A stretch of DNA of 64,000 nucleotides from Ramazzottius varieornatus. Taxonomy: Eukaryota > Animalia > Tardigrada. Shown piece by piece: positions 50,153 to 62,995 of the stretch (the stretch's first letter is position 1; each line of letters starts with the position of its first letter). Position numbers and translations under genes: made by a program. The notes below the pieces were generated by a model. The model had not been told where the DNA came from. It made no database searches and saw nothing but the letters and a program-made list of their open reading frames with translations. The stretch covers positions 837,481-901,480 of the forward strand of contig BDGG01000002.1 in assembly GCA_001949185.1 (NCBI GenBank). Reading direction: 5' to 3'.

Positions 50153-50838
50153 TTTACGTAATTCGTTTACAGTTCTGTGTAGAGCTTTTATCCTTTGAAA
50201 TTGACTTGCCTTTATAGGGAACGTCGGCAAACAAAGTTCACGCGGATTACTTTCCCACTTGGAAAGCGACATGGGTGGAACCTCTTGTCGACTTAATGCG
50301 TAATTTGGGTTACGATGGCATATTGGTTAATGATTGGTGGTGTGGACAACGGAGGTATCAATATGATTTGCCCATATTGTTCTTAATGCGATTATGATTG
50401 CACAGTAATTAAGACATTTTTTCTCCGAGCGGCTCGTGCTTCTGATCTCTAGTTGAATAGGATATCCTAAAAACACTGAGACTCGCTGCTTACTTTTCAT
50501 CTAACAACACTCTGCCAGAGCAAAGAAAAGCGCTGATAGCCGTGAGGAGGGGCGATTACGGCGCATGTTGATCTACATTGCGCTTTTCTATCTAGATGAT
50601 TTTCTAAATGACTTATTAGCAGAGTTAGTGTAACGCGCGCCGCAATGATGACAGATTCTGTGTTGGCCGTTGGTTCTTTGCTCCGTTAATATTCTATGGT
50701 CTGAATTAAGGTTGCGTCGACAAATGGACGGCGCGCTGCTGCAAAATCCACACCCGACAGCGCCGTTGATCTAGCTCGGTCATAATTATTTCTGAAGAAT
50801 GTGGCCGGAAATTGAGAAAACGGGCTGGTATTTTCATC

Positions 50839-53506
50839 ATGATGGATTTTGTATTTGGATTGTTCTGGAAGCTCTTTGTGGTATTTATTAGCAACGCGGC
50901 CAGCGTTAGAAGTAATTTGGTCATGGATCAGAATTTATTATGGCCCAGACGGAACGTTCCTTTCGAGTTTGGCGCCACTCTCGGTGAGTATCTTAAAACG
51001 TCATGGACGAAAGTCGACAACTACACCAATGCGGAAGTCAGATACGTCACCTGACAAAAACGGACAATCTGTTTCATAGTTGTATCAGAATAAATTTGGA
51101 AATCGTTTTGGTGAAGATGGGAGGTCGGCAGACAAGACCTATAATATCATCGTCTCAAGCGGCGCACGCTGTGGTTGTTATCTTCTACGTTCCGTTTGCC
51201 GGCGTCCCAGATGTTCACTTTCTCCTAAAGCACGAAACTTTGTTCTTGACAGGAAGTTTGACGCGCTATGTGGTTCATTTTTCTTGCAGGTGATCTTCAA
51301 CAAGCGCAGCTGAGGCAACTCTTCTTCCAGTTCCACGCCCAAACATGCGTTCGGTTCGTCGAGCACAACGTGGAGAGAGATTTCATCGTCTTCGAAGTGG
51401 GAGCATTCAAGACCTTGGTGCCAGCTTTAGGACGGCGGCCGGGACGCCAAGTACTGATCTTCAGACCTGAAGGTGTGGAGGTAACGCTTCGTAAGACCAA
51501 CACGAAAACCTCCCTTCCTCTTGCAGATGCAAGAGTTTGAGTTTTTCGATCGTTCAACACGGTCAATTTCGTTGTAGATTATCAGCTTAATAACCGGGTG
51601 ATACTGCGCGACCTGATGAGAACACTGGGTTTTTATTACGAAGTGCAGCGACCCGACCGCTTCATGTTCGTTGCAGTCAATCAAAGCAATGTCCAGACAA
51701 AAGGTACTCGAACGATATATTGATCAATAAAGTTTGTTCTTAACAAAACAGTGGGCGCTCCATTTTAGCGTGGGGTCTGTTCGAGAAGGCTGATCCGGAC
51801 TTTATTACTTTCCTGGGCGAACCCTACGACTATAACTCGGCGACACACTTTGCGCTGGACGACTACGCGGTGTCACCCGGAAGTGCCACTATGACCATCC
51901 TGGCACCTAGGCAGCGAATTGGTCAGAATAACGGACTCAGTGAAGTCGATGTGCGGCGAATCAACAAAGCTTACCGTTGTGGAGCACTCGTTTCAGGTAA
52001 GAACCTCTGGCTAAATCTATGGAGTTATTAAACCCATTTGGTCTGCTTTTCCGAATGTGATCAACAGAGCCGCGCACGGCGCGAACAAAACGCGAAATGA
52101 CATGGATACCTAATAGGGTCGTGCCGGGTAAGAATCTGCCCCAGGCTGTTGCGAAAAATCGTAGAAAAAAGGTGAAATGAGCTGAACGCGTTAGCAAACT
52201 TCCTCTGCTCTGTTTCTGACGCTTTCTACTGCACTTTCTCAACGGGGTAGTGATATTTTTTCTCGCTAAAAGCACATCTTCACATCGGTGAATGAGATGG
52301 TCGTGGTAATGACAGGAGATGCGTGGCGTGGTGGAGTGCTCTGACAATGATTCAATGAAGTAGGACCTGTCGACCCAAAGTGCCAAATCAGTCTCGCCCT
52401 GGGGTGTAATTGTGATATGAATGTCACACATTGTTTATTATTGGGCGCAAATTATGTCTATGCGTAGGTAACATGTTGTGCCCGGATAATTGGATTTCTG
52501 CGCTGGATGGCAAATGCTACTATTATTCCTTCCTGGACCCTAGAGCCAAGTAGGTGCTGTCAACAGCTTCATTACTTTTGCGACTGATCGACTGTACTTT
52601 AGAATAGCTGAAATAGTAACAATATGATCAACTTATTCTATGTAACTAAGTTAGCTGCGAAAAAGTCATTGATCTGAGAGCAATCAAGATTTGGGCAAAC
52701 CAATCTGGCAAGTTCATTGGCCGAGTGGCGCACGCTGCAAGCCCATATCACCGAGCACATGCGCCACTTGAGAAACATTCAAGCTGGTCAAGATCGTGTG
52801 GCCCAAGTGGCGTAGGCCTCCAGCAAATACAATTGCAAACGTGCGCCGCTTGGACGAAGAATCTTGTCGAGCCTATTCACCGAGCTTCCAGTTTGTGCCG
52901 AAACGTCCTACCTTGTCGCATCTTCTAGTTTTTCCTGTTTTGTAGGCCAGTCGAGGGACCAGCAAGGAAAGCTTGCGAGCCCATGTTGGCCGTTCCGCTG
53001 GTGATACCGGAGCTCTCCCAGCCCGGAAGGACACTGATGCTGGAAATCATGCGACATGCCAAAGTACTCATTGGCGTGTGGGTGATTGGCGATTCCCCGA
53101 TGGGAGACCTTCTTGCCGAACGAGGTGCTTATCTCGTCCTCTCTCCATCACGTTATGGCTCACTTCCTCGCCACCATCATTTTTTTCCGACAGTTCAAGG
53201 CCACCGAAACCAATTGTCATTCGATTGCAGATGGTCTGTGTAGTACTTTCGACATCGAAGGAGCCGTAGCGCCCACCGGTACTCCGTGCGAAGGTTCCAG
53301 GCGGCATTATATCTGCCAGAAAACATCAGCGAGTGAGATGTTCGGGATTATCCTAATTAATTCTGACCGCTTTCTCGCCTCCGTGGTCATGTGTACGCTA
53401 TCAATTTTCAGATGAATGCTGGTACGTCAGAGGGAGAACCTTCATGCCCTATCCGGAGTGCACAAGACCCTGGTCGGGCCGCTCCTGGCAGCACGTGATA
53501 AATTAG
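50839..53506 (+). CDS. Secreted catalytically inactive astacin-like domain fused to a C-type lectin-like domain
   Basis: Exons ~50839-50983, 51290-51472, 51578-51703, 51769-51996, 52468-52549, 52946-53123, 53231-53332, 53412-53506, phase-compatible. Astacin landmarks LWP..VP, TCVRF, LGF..E..RPDR, YDYNS, IGQ..GLS..D...INKAYRC; CTL landmarks CPDNW...KCY, ACE, VWVIG, C...HYICQK. Confidence 0.82.
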
Positions 53507-56500
53507 ACAGCAGGATGTGAGGCGTATCTTGTTCTCGAAAGATTTAAGCTGTTGTGCCAAGCCTAGTTTTCCAGTTCACGTTGTCTTTCATGAGGTACAA
53601 CCCTATCAAATTATTACGGTATCTCAAACTGAACTGAGTCCAGTAGATCGGCCCCCTTGGGATATGGAGAGTTCTTTTTACGGATCAGAAGGTATAGACG
53701 TCAAAAGACGAGCGCGATTTATTAGCCTGTCCTACTAATTATGGCAGATTGGATTGTCAATGGATATCGCTGCTATTTCAAGAGAACAAGATTTGGTCAT
53801 GAGGAGAAAATTCCCCAAGGATAAACGGAAAAAGCTGGGCATGATTATGATTAGGTGTCATTTGCGCGGATGCACTTAGTCATAAAAGAACGCGACTAAA
53901 GATAATGCGGAGGCTGTTGCACGCAGGTCGCGGCTTTGGGTGGCTTCTGGTAGTGGTAATTGTTGTGTTTATCTGTTCCGTTTGTACGGACTGAACGATT
54001 GTTCTGCAGTGAGAAGGCCGCTGCCGTGGCGGGAGTAGCTCGTCGCGGTTTGGTGATGCTGTTGGGACGCATGCGAAAGTCCGCCGTCGGCTTCCGACGC
54101 CAACTCCCCAGAGACTTGCGGCAACAGTATAGCGAAGCGATCTTCTTGTCCAAACGCAGACAAAAGACTCCCGTGACGATGGGATTTAGACACGACTGCG
54201 AAACGGCAAAGATGAAGAGACCGCTCTGCACCCGTGGATCTATTGTCTTCAACGACTCCTTATCGAACCAAAACCAACAACTGCGAAAAAAAGTCAAGGT
54301 TACCTATATAACTCCACAGTCAGTAATACTGACTGCAAACTCAAGCGTCTGTGTGCTTCTCGACGTATCTTCAGATGTTGGGACCTTCTTCCTACACCGA
54401 ATAGTCGGGTCTAGGTTCTCATAAATGTAAGTAAATTCCGGTTTGGTGTCGGTTTGGTGCGAACGCACACCGAAATCGATTTTCGGTGGTTTCTCACACC
54501 AAATCGAAAAGTTCGATTTGGTTTCGGTAAATTTCGATCAATCGCACCTATCCCATCTCTAGGTGGCACCGGTCTCTAAGTTTTGTTTCTTGTTTTTATT
54601 GTAGCTGGCCGATCGTTTTCGGATCGAAATCTGAAGGCTGACTTTTGCAGATTAGCGTCGTCGCGGTCTAAAATCGTTCCTTTACTGAACACACGACTCG
54701 GACTGGAGCTCGACAAACTGACTTGATGATATATCTGCTGGAGTGGCGCAAGTCTTCAGTGTTGATGGCTGAAGCGTGCGCCGCTTGGAAAACACGATTT
54801 CTGTTGGGTTTGATTGTTTTCTTAAGTGGCGCACACTTCCGGTTCCGCTAGCTGACGAGTGCGCCACTTGATGTGAACGATGTCGTCAATATTCTCTGCA
54901 GAGCTTCCAAGTTGTGTCTAACTCAGTGGGAGAAGTTTCCAAGTGCGGAAGAGAACCTGTGAGTAAAGTGCGTTTCCAAAAAGGCCGTGGGCCGATGTTA
55001 CCTATGGGGGGATTGGCAGAGCTCAGTTATCCCGTTTATCACGAAAGGAGGCGGCGAGAACTGAAGCGCAAATTGGTAATTTGGGGAGCCGTTATTTGTA
55101 CGGGATAAAGTGCATGGGTTGGCGGAGTAATTTGTCAGGAATAAAGGGGGGTGGATGATAAAAGGCACGCACCTGACCAAGTAGTACGGCACCCAGCAGA
55201 CCAAGTACACAATGACCAGAGTGACAGCCATCTTGAAGCTCTTGCTCTGGGCACGCATGTAAATATTGGGTCCTTTGGAGTAACGCATCGAAGCGCCAAG
55301 GTTGAAGTCGACCGTCTGCAGAGCCAGCTGCGCAATGCCCGGGCATTCTTGTGAGTCCCCTGTAATAAATAAACTTGCTAAAGTACGGTGTATCATGAAA
55401 GAACCCTACTATTGCAGTAGTCAATCATGGAAGAACCCTACCATTACACCCAGATATTTCGGGATACTTACCATTCCACTTTGGCGAAGCCGCCTCTCAA
55501 CAAATCAATCATTCAAATATTTATTTCACGAAAATTCATCTTCGCTAATCTGTAACTGATTCTTTGCATTTCGAATACGAACTATGCCTAACCAAACCAC
55601 ATAAAATATCTACGGGAAAGATTTTCTGACTACTGTGAAAGCACAACTTCATGCAAAAATTAAAGAAGTCAGGAATATTTTGGGGGTTTCTTCGGTCTTC
55701 AGAATGAAACACATTCAAGAAAAAAAACACAAAATGCGCTGAATATAGAAACGAATCGAGATACACGCGGCCACAGTGCAGTAAGCATAACTTCGTTACG
55801 CGGCTGGCCTAATCATTGGCAGATGGCCGAAAGCGGCAGTGACCATTTGAAACCAATTGCCACTGCCGCTTTCGGCCGGCTGCTAATGATTCTGTCCATG
55901 CCAATGATTAAGCCAGCCGCGTGTACAGAAATAAAACAACAAAAAATTTTGCTACCAAATGAAACGTGAATGGGATCTCGAAATTTCCTTTTTTAGAGTA
56001 TTAGGATGACGTGTCTGTTTCTACAGTGTACATATTCTCTGTTGTAACAAAACGATTCTAATAGGATTGAACGGAAGAGCGGAAGTTACAATGATGATGG
56101 CGTGGGGGCTTTGCGGTTGGCTACTTACGATGATGCCAATTGCTGTGTCGACTTCGTTGGGAGCCTGACAAGGTTAAGGTTGGCCGACTCTCGTTATTCT
56201 TGGCGTGCTCGTGGACGTTGGCGTGATCCGCGGATTTGGAGATGGTGGCTGGAGCGCTCACGTAACCGTGGCCCGTTGTCAGAATATGACGTCGACGGAT
56301 AACCCACCACAGCCGCCCATAAAAGATACAGAAGAGTATCAATGGTATCACAAAAAGCATCAGCGTGACAAATCTGTGGAAGAAATGACAGAGCATTAGT
56401 GTAGATCAGCCCATTGTCTTGATGGCACATCCCCCTCTTTGTGCCAAGTGCGTTTACATGTTTTGGAGCGGGTTCCTCGGTACCACACTGTGGTATAGAA

Positions 56501-57925
56501 GTATCAAAATTCCAAGTGACGTCAGCCTGTCACGCAACTTGTTCTTCTTGTTACTCTTGGGAAGAGTGAGACAGTGACCATGAAGAATGAAAATTTCATA
56601 ATCACTCATCGAACCCAATTATCACTTGACATTTTCATTCCGTTCCGCTGCTCCGACAGAACTTCCTTTTTTTCTACTTTCCGCGTTTCAGGCCTTCCAT
56701 TCGATAACTATAATTTTCTCGTTTGTGATATCCAGTTTATTTAGTTACCATCATATTATTTTAATTATGTCTTGGGGGGTTTGGTTTCAGCGAAAGCTTT
56801 TGTGATGCAAAGAAACGAATCGCCTTGGGGAAAAACGAGTCGATTGAAATCAATGATGCGAGCAAAAGTATATAGGCTCAGTTACACTACGCTGCTTTCC
56901 AGCGGAAGTTTACGTCGGCATGAAAACTTCAAGGAAGTGAAAGTGGGCCGGGAAACGGTGACGTAGAGTTACAGTAATGGATCTATCTATCCTTACACGT
57001 TGTAGGCCATTTCTAATTCTTCCGACGGGAAGGAGTTGAATGTAGCGCATTGTCCGAACGTGGCAAAGTAGGGATGATATTGCTTCCGGAAGACCACGGC
57101 CTACAGGAAACACAAAACACAGCGTCAACAAAGGACAAGGATAGTTCACCGAGACTTCCTAATCGGAGACCCCAACAGAGTTGAAGCATGACATAGTCCG
57201 CCCATTCGTCTCAGCATTGTGCCGGTAGATTTTTTCCGAATATTTTTCTCTTTATTTACTATTTTGTATATTAGTCTTCTTTCTTTCCATCTCTACTTTC
57301 GTAATTTTTTGTGGCAGTGAATCATAGTATTTTGGTTTGTGGTTATTTTTGTGGTAACTTCTTTCCCGAATTTTAACCTCGGGTTTTCTGTATCCCTAAA
57401 CGATGACAGAATCTGATGAAATCTCTGTTAGAAGATTCCCGATAGCGTTATGGGAATAGGGCTCTCGCGTCCATTCTTTGCTGTTAGGCGAATGATGATA
57501 AATGGTTGTTTGTCAAGAGCTCTTTGTCGAAGCGCTGCCAGTAAACATGAATGGACAAAGTGTTCTTCATGTTGGACCTCTCTTTCCCACGCTAATTACG
57601 ACGCAGAAGCTACCATTCATCGCACACGCACCGACCCTTCTACCCCAAACAAACCTACCATGTGTTCCGCCGTAATTTGTCCGACAACAACCTCCTTTCC
57701 AATATTATTTTAGCACTTGATAACCCGCATTTATCTTGCTCGACTGCTATAAAAATAGTTAACACTGCTGCCATTTTGTCGTAGAGTCTCCCCGAAGACT
57801 GACTGAGTAAACGATAATCGCTGAGTAGCACCGTCCAAAGGGGCGCGGAGAACCTTTGGGACTTTCGGGTTATCTGAGTGACGCACGCGCTCAGTTATCA
57901 ACGCGGCAAAAGTGCGCCACTTGAC
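52722..57925. repeat. Three intronic palindrome loci (52722-52853 pair, 54740-54871 pair, 57876-57924)
   Basis: Same arms with 24-25-nt spacers; pair periods 82 and 83 bp. Confidence 0.8.
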
Positions 57926-59879
57926 ACGAAGATCTTTTCGAATGCATTTGCTCAACTAGAGTTTCATGCGTTTTCTGCCTTTTCTCTACGACGGTAACTG
58001 ACAGGGCCGTGCCAGGCATTAATCTGTCCGAGATCGCAGTTTTTGACAAGGGCACAGCGATATATGGGATAGGCAGAGACGCAGTGCACAACAACCTCGG
58101 CCTTTGTCCCATAATTATTCAGAATCATTAAGCAGAAAGAATGCGCACTGGCCGGGGCTCGTCGATATGTGGAATTTCGAATGAGCAAATCAGTCTAATT
58201 GCTGGTGACATGTTCTGCGTAATGTGACATACCATCATCCGATGCGGAAAAAATTCGTTACGCGAGCCTGGAAAATCAGTGGTTGGCAACTTTGAAGGTC
58301 TGTTTGTCGGTTAACATTTGAACACGATATACAGTTAATTTTTCCGGATGACCAAGCTCTCAAGCACGACTGCATGCTCTTCGTGGCAAATGTCTGGAAG
58401 ACAACGTCCAGATCACCTGGATGCAATTGGCTGCAGCGAACCCACACGCACGATTTCACCAGCTAATATAAAACGGTCTCCGATCCGTATCGCCGGTGGA
58501 ACACAAACAACCCTGTAGGGTTTTCCAGTGAGAACTGCTTCGCTGTCTTCTCAAGGATACTTGAGCAGTTTAATCTTCAATTTCTGCAAGCTTTGCGGAA
58601 ACCAATCGGACAGAACCACGTAACCTCACATCCTGAGCAAAAGTCTTGCTGGCGGCAGCTTCAGATTACCCATAGAAAATGAGATTCAGTCCAAAAAGAG
58701 AAAAAAAAGGAAACACTTAGAAACATGGGTTACGTCTGGTCTATCTAGCAAGGGACCGTTAGATATTTATCTCAATTTGCATTTTTGGCCAATTTTATTA
58801 CGACCATACTTATTACTATTTCCTTGAATTCCATATTTCTTATTAAAATACATTATCGGTCGATTACCCGTAATCTGGCACAGGCCCAAAATCCATTGGC
58901 AGAACTTTATTTTCGGTTTTGTTATCAATCCAGCGTGAGGAATAGGCGCACTTTTCTTGTCATATTCGATTATGGAAGTAGTGATACGAAATGATAGGTG
59001 CTGAATCCCACTAATTGAATCACCTGTGGTAGACTGCAGGCCGCGCTGAGGAGCCATACCGTCAGTAAGAGTCCGCGGACGCGCTTCTCCGCACTGGTGA
59101 TATTGGTGAATGGGTACCTTCAGAAGATGGAACATACTCATTACATGTTCTAATTAGGCCAGAAGGTCGTATCAAAATTCCCTTTTCCCGCCCATTATCC
59201 ACCCTGAAACCTATTCCGGCCAAACCAGGAAAGCGGCAAAACAGAGAAATTTGGCAAATGATCAAAGTCATTAAGGGCATAATGGCGACGGAGATTGTTC
59301 CCTTAACGAAGCGCTGACATCTGTACACTACCGTCTACAACGTATTCCGCCTCATTGTGCCCATTTGCATACACTCTTCCACCGCTGATGTTGATATGCA
59401 AATGATCCAAAGAGCGGACATGACATGATCGCCGGACAGATTTGCAAACTTGTCAGACACTGAGCGTTACACTCTTACATGATCACACAAAAGCGATCGA
59501 TGGAGATGGCCACCAAATTGAAGGATGATGAGTACAGGCCGAATATCCGCCCGACCATCATAATCTTGCACACGCTGTCCGGTGCCAGCCACTGGACCGT
59601 GTAGGCCCAAGCAATCTCCAGCGGCATGGTAAGAAAGGTCACCAGCAGATCGCTGACCGTCAGGCTGACCAACAACATGTTCATGCGCGACATGGGTCGA
59701 CGCATGGCCAGCAGTAGTAAGACAGTCAGGTTCTCAATGGCCGAGATGGACATCAAGACGGAATATCCGATAATCTGTACTCGATGAGCCTCGTTGAAGC
59801 GCATATCGGCTGGTAGAGTGAAGTTCTCGGGAGACAACGACGATGAGAAGGAGGACTGGTTGGATAAGAAATCCCCCAT
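53896..59879 (-). CDS. Adipokinetic hormone / GnRH-type receptor (class A GPCR)
   Basis: Exons 59879-59479, 59117-59024, 57100-56997, 56373-56129, 55359-55173, 54280-53896. LPADMRFNEAH, DLLVTFLTMPLEIAWAYTVQW, ISIDRF, SLPQ, QCATFNSF, CWVPYY, WFWFD, LFIFA..SCLNP are typical of AKH receptors. Confidence 0.9.
55764..55923. mobile_element. Palindromic MITE in an AKHR-like intron
   Basis: TA-CACGCGGC...GCCGCGTG-TA ends; inner arms CGCGGCTGGCCTAATCATTGGCA and GGCCGAAAGCGGCAGTG mirrored. Confidence 0.7.
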
Positions 59880-62824
59880 GCTGAAATTTTCCAGGAAAAT
59901 TTTGGAAGAACCTCGAAACTAATCTGCGGTTTACATGGCACACTTATGGCGAAACTGGCGGAAAAAAAGCGATAGTCGGAGGAAAAGAAGACTGACAGGC
60001 TGAAGTGCGGAATTGACAGTCAGTAGGCGAGAAAGAGCTCGTCAAGCTGGAGGAGATCTCGGCGAAATAATTGGAGATGTTAATATGGCGGCCAATGACA
60101 TGTTACGGCAGCAGCAAATGTGTCCATCAGCGCCAAGGCCCGCCAAAGTGTAATCCGCCAGGCTGCCACACCGCGCTAAATCACGTTAGGCGATTGACGG
60201 TTGGGATAATGGATAGCGGGGACACACCAGGCAAACTAAAGTGCAACGATCACGCCTTGGTTCATCTCAACTCTTGAAGGTCCTCGGAAGGAGAAGCCGT
60301 GAAAATGTCAAGAGCATGCCGAAAAAGCTTGAAGCGATATGGCTGAGTACTATTCTGCGTCAAAGACCGGCGAAAACATTCGTTGATGAAAATGTCAGAG
60401 ATTGTCTGGCTACTGAAGACAGCAACACTCAAGGGCGAAAGATCAGACTGAAGACGTGGGAAATTTCCAAGGTTGGGATTGCGTTGGGCGAAGGAGCAAG
60501 TGTCCGTGGGACAGGAAGAGCGTAAGCATGCGCCATTGGAGTGTACACCTTGAAACTAAATTGACGCTCGATCTGCACAGCCATGACGGCAGAGAAAAAC
60601 GCGTGAGAAGATCAGCGGCTTACATCCTTTTCCTGTTTTGTACTGGTCTCTTAATGTTCTATCAGGCTACGCCCTCCAACCCATCAAGTTTCAAGTACGT
60701 ACGGAAGACTGGCAGAAGCTGGATTGACATGTAGGATTTACAAAATCTCTCCCTTACGCTCCTCGTGATGAAGGAATGAAGCAGCACGTACCGACGGTCA
60801 CTGCCATGTTCCCGAGAGTGATCGATCATTACAGATTGTTGTAATTTCTTGAGGCCGTCTGTACTGTAGCGCGCTACCCTGTGGTACTATCTTTCTACAG
60901 GAGTACAACCGATAAACGTAAACGCCAAATAATCAAACTTTGTCACATGCGGGTTCGGCGAATCCATACAGTATATAGGTCTGATACTTCACCCTGCTGT
61001 GAATTGGTTTTACTGTGGGCGAATCTGCCAATGAAGCCAATGGAGAAAGGGTATGACAAAAGGGAACTGTGGGAATTTAAAATGTGGTCGGTAGCTATTT
61101 TGTAACGAGCGAGAGTAATAACGGGAAACGTGAGTATCAAATACGTCCGAGGCAAGAAGAGGTCTTCGGAAGGAGAATGTGGGTCAGACTGTGAAGTGAT
61201 GGGTAAAATCTCTAATGGGTTTTTCTTTTGAGACCATGTCCGAAAAAACACTGACTATTGCTTCAAGTTACTTCAAATTGCTACTCAGCTTATTACTCAA
61301 ATCTGTTAGTGATCTGAAAAGCATCCATGTAGCCGAAAGATTACTCCAGTGTATCAGACGAGCTCTGTGATTATCCTGTAAGATGAGCTTGTGCAGAGAG
61401 CCGACACTTTTCACATAAAGTGGGTGACGAAAACCGCCCGTCTGTTCTGGGACGACTTCCGGGGATTATTCGCAATCAAATTAAGTGAGAATGAAAATAT
61501 CCGAAGCAATACCGATATGTGAGGGGATGCCAGTAGAATATAGTGACTTGGCAGGTCGTGCGGGCGAGAAATTGACGTCAATGTGGTGAGTTGCGACTGA
61601 ACACTGAGTGGTCCTGAGTTGGGTATAACGCATTGCATCTGGTTTCTACTTTGTTGTACCATTATGAGTTTTGACTAGTGGTTTATCTCTGCCATCCGCC
61701 GTCATCCGTTTCTACTCCGATCTCAACCAGATACACCCAGATGCACAGGAGGGATTCCATCGTGGAACGACTTGAGAATTGGAGCTCGGTTTGAGGGAAA
61801 TGACTTAGAAAAGTCATGCTAGGGAATCAGCAGCTGTCCAGAACAAGAGATCGACCGAGCAGTGTGGAGGAGGCGCAAAATGCCTTTCTGTTGGTACCGA
61901 GCTCCGCCCTTTGCGCTTTTACCCTTAACGGCGTGCCAAGTGACTATTTTCTACTGGCACCCACTCATGTTGCAAGGATGGGGTTTAACGAAGCCGGAGA
62001 AACGTAGGGAATGGGGAGAACTAGCCATTATAGCGTAGCTTCGCAGATATCTAACATACAAAGGAGCATGAAAACTAACAGGTAAGCCAAACATCAATAG
62101 TTACTGAAGTCTAGGAAGTCAAGTGGCTACTTCTATACTAGTGTCAGTGGCAACGTCGCACGAACATTATCAAATCAGAGCTAGGCGAAGCCTATAGACA
62201 ATGTGAGCGATAGCCTAAACTGAGCAAACTAACCCTGAAGGTAGACCACGTCGTTACAATGTTCTCTTTTTCGATAGGCTAAAAAATCGGTTGGCACACA
62301 TTTTTCTGCATTGGCATCTTTCCTAAAAACGTTCCTGGATTAGACCATCAGGAAAGTTACGCCAGACTCGCAAAGCTTCGATCTGAGAAAGTATCACAAG
62401 GGGGAAACGGCTCAAAGCGAGCTTTCCGGTTCGGTAAGCTAGGCCGGTTGCTGCCCCGTTTCTTGTCCACTTAGAGCTATCATGTGGAGGCGTAATCGTT
62501 AATTTCTGAATGTCGAGTAATTTGGAGGTGAACGTGGTTCATTGTGTTGTGTCTAAGTGTTTCATGAATGTCCACTTGAGTGTCGCGTGCCAGTGTCAAA
62601 TCGCTCATTGATATTCACTTTGTCCTCTCACTCCAGTACATCACGACAGCGTGTTGAAAGTCTGCAGATTTTGAATTAAACCTCCACCCACTAGGCCTAT
62701 TCGATTGTTCCGAACGCGCACCGGCCAGCAACTACAAGGCATCCCAAATCTTTGTTTATATCGCGAAGCAAGCGACGAAATATCGAAGGCTAGAAAAGAA
62801 CTGTGTGGAGGTCTCGTTCGCCAG

Positions 62825-62995
62825 CAGTCCTGCGGAGCTATTTAGCTCGTTTAGCTCATTTCGCCTTTCTTCTACGAGGTTTTTTCAAAAAGCTCATACA
62901 GGTTCGTGCGCTGCACAACCCTGTTTTGCGTTTTCGTAGAAAAAAGGCAGATTTAGCTCGCGAGCTAAAACGAGCTAAATAGCTCCGCAGCTCTG
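62825..62995. mobile_element. hAT-type MITE
   Basis: TIR CAG..CTGCGGAGCTATTTAGCTCGTTT; perfect 8-bp TSD TTCGCCAG at 62817-62824 and 62996-63003. Confidence 0.88.

Noticed and set aside
54400-54562. CCGAA/TTCGGT-rich tract ending in CCCATCTCTA
   Set aside because: Probably a solitary transposon end; no matching TIR or TSD found.
5345-57925. CRISPR-like or RAG RSS-like reading of the arm-spacer-arm repeats
   Set aside because: Eukaryotic context, inverted arms, at most two units per locus, no cas or RAG genes, and no heptamer/nonamer.
60000-62800. ORFs upstream of the AKHR-like gene
   Set aside because: No motifs; most likely 5' UTR, intron or regulatory DNA.
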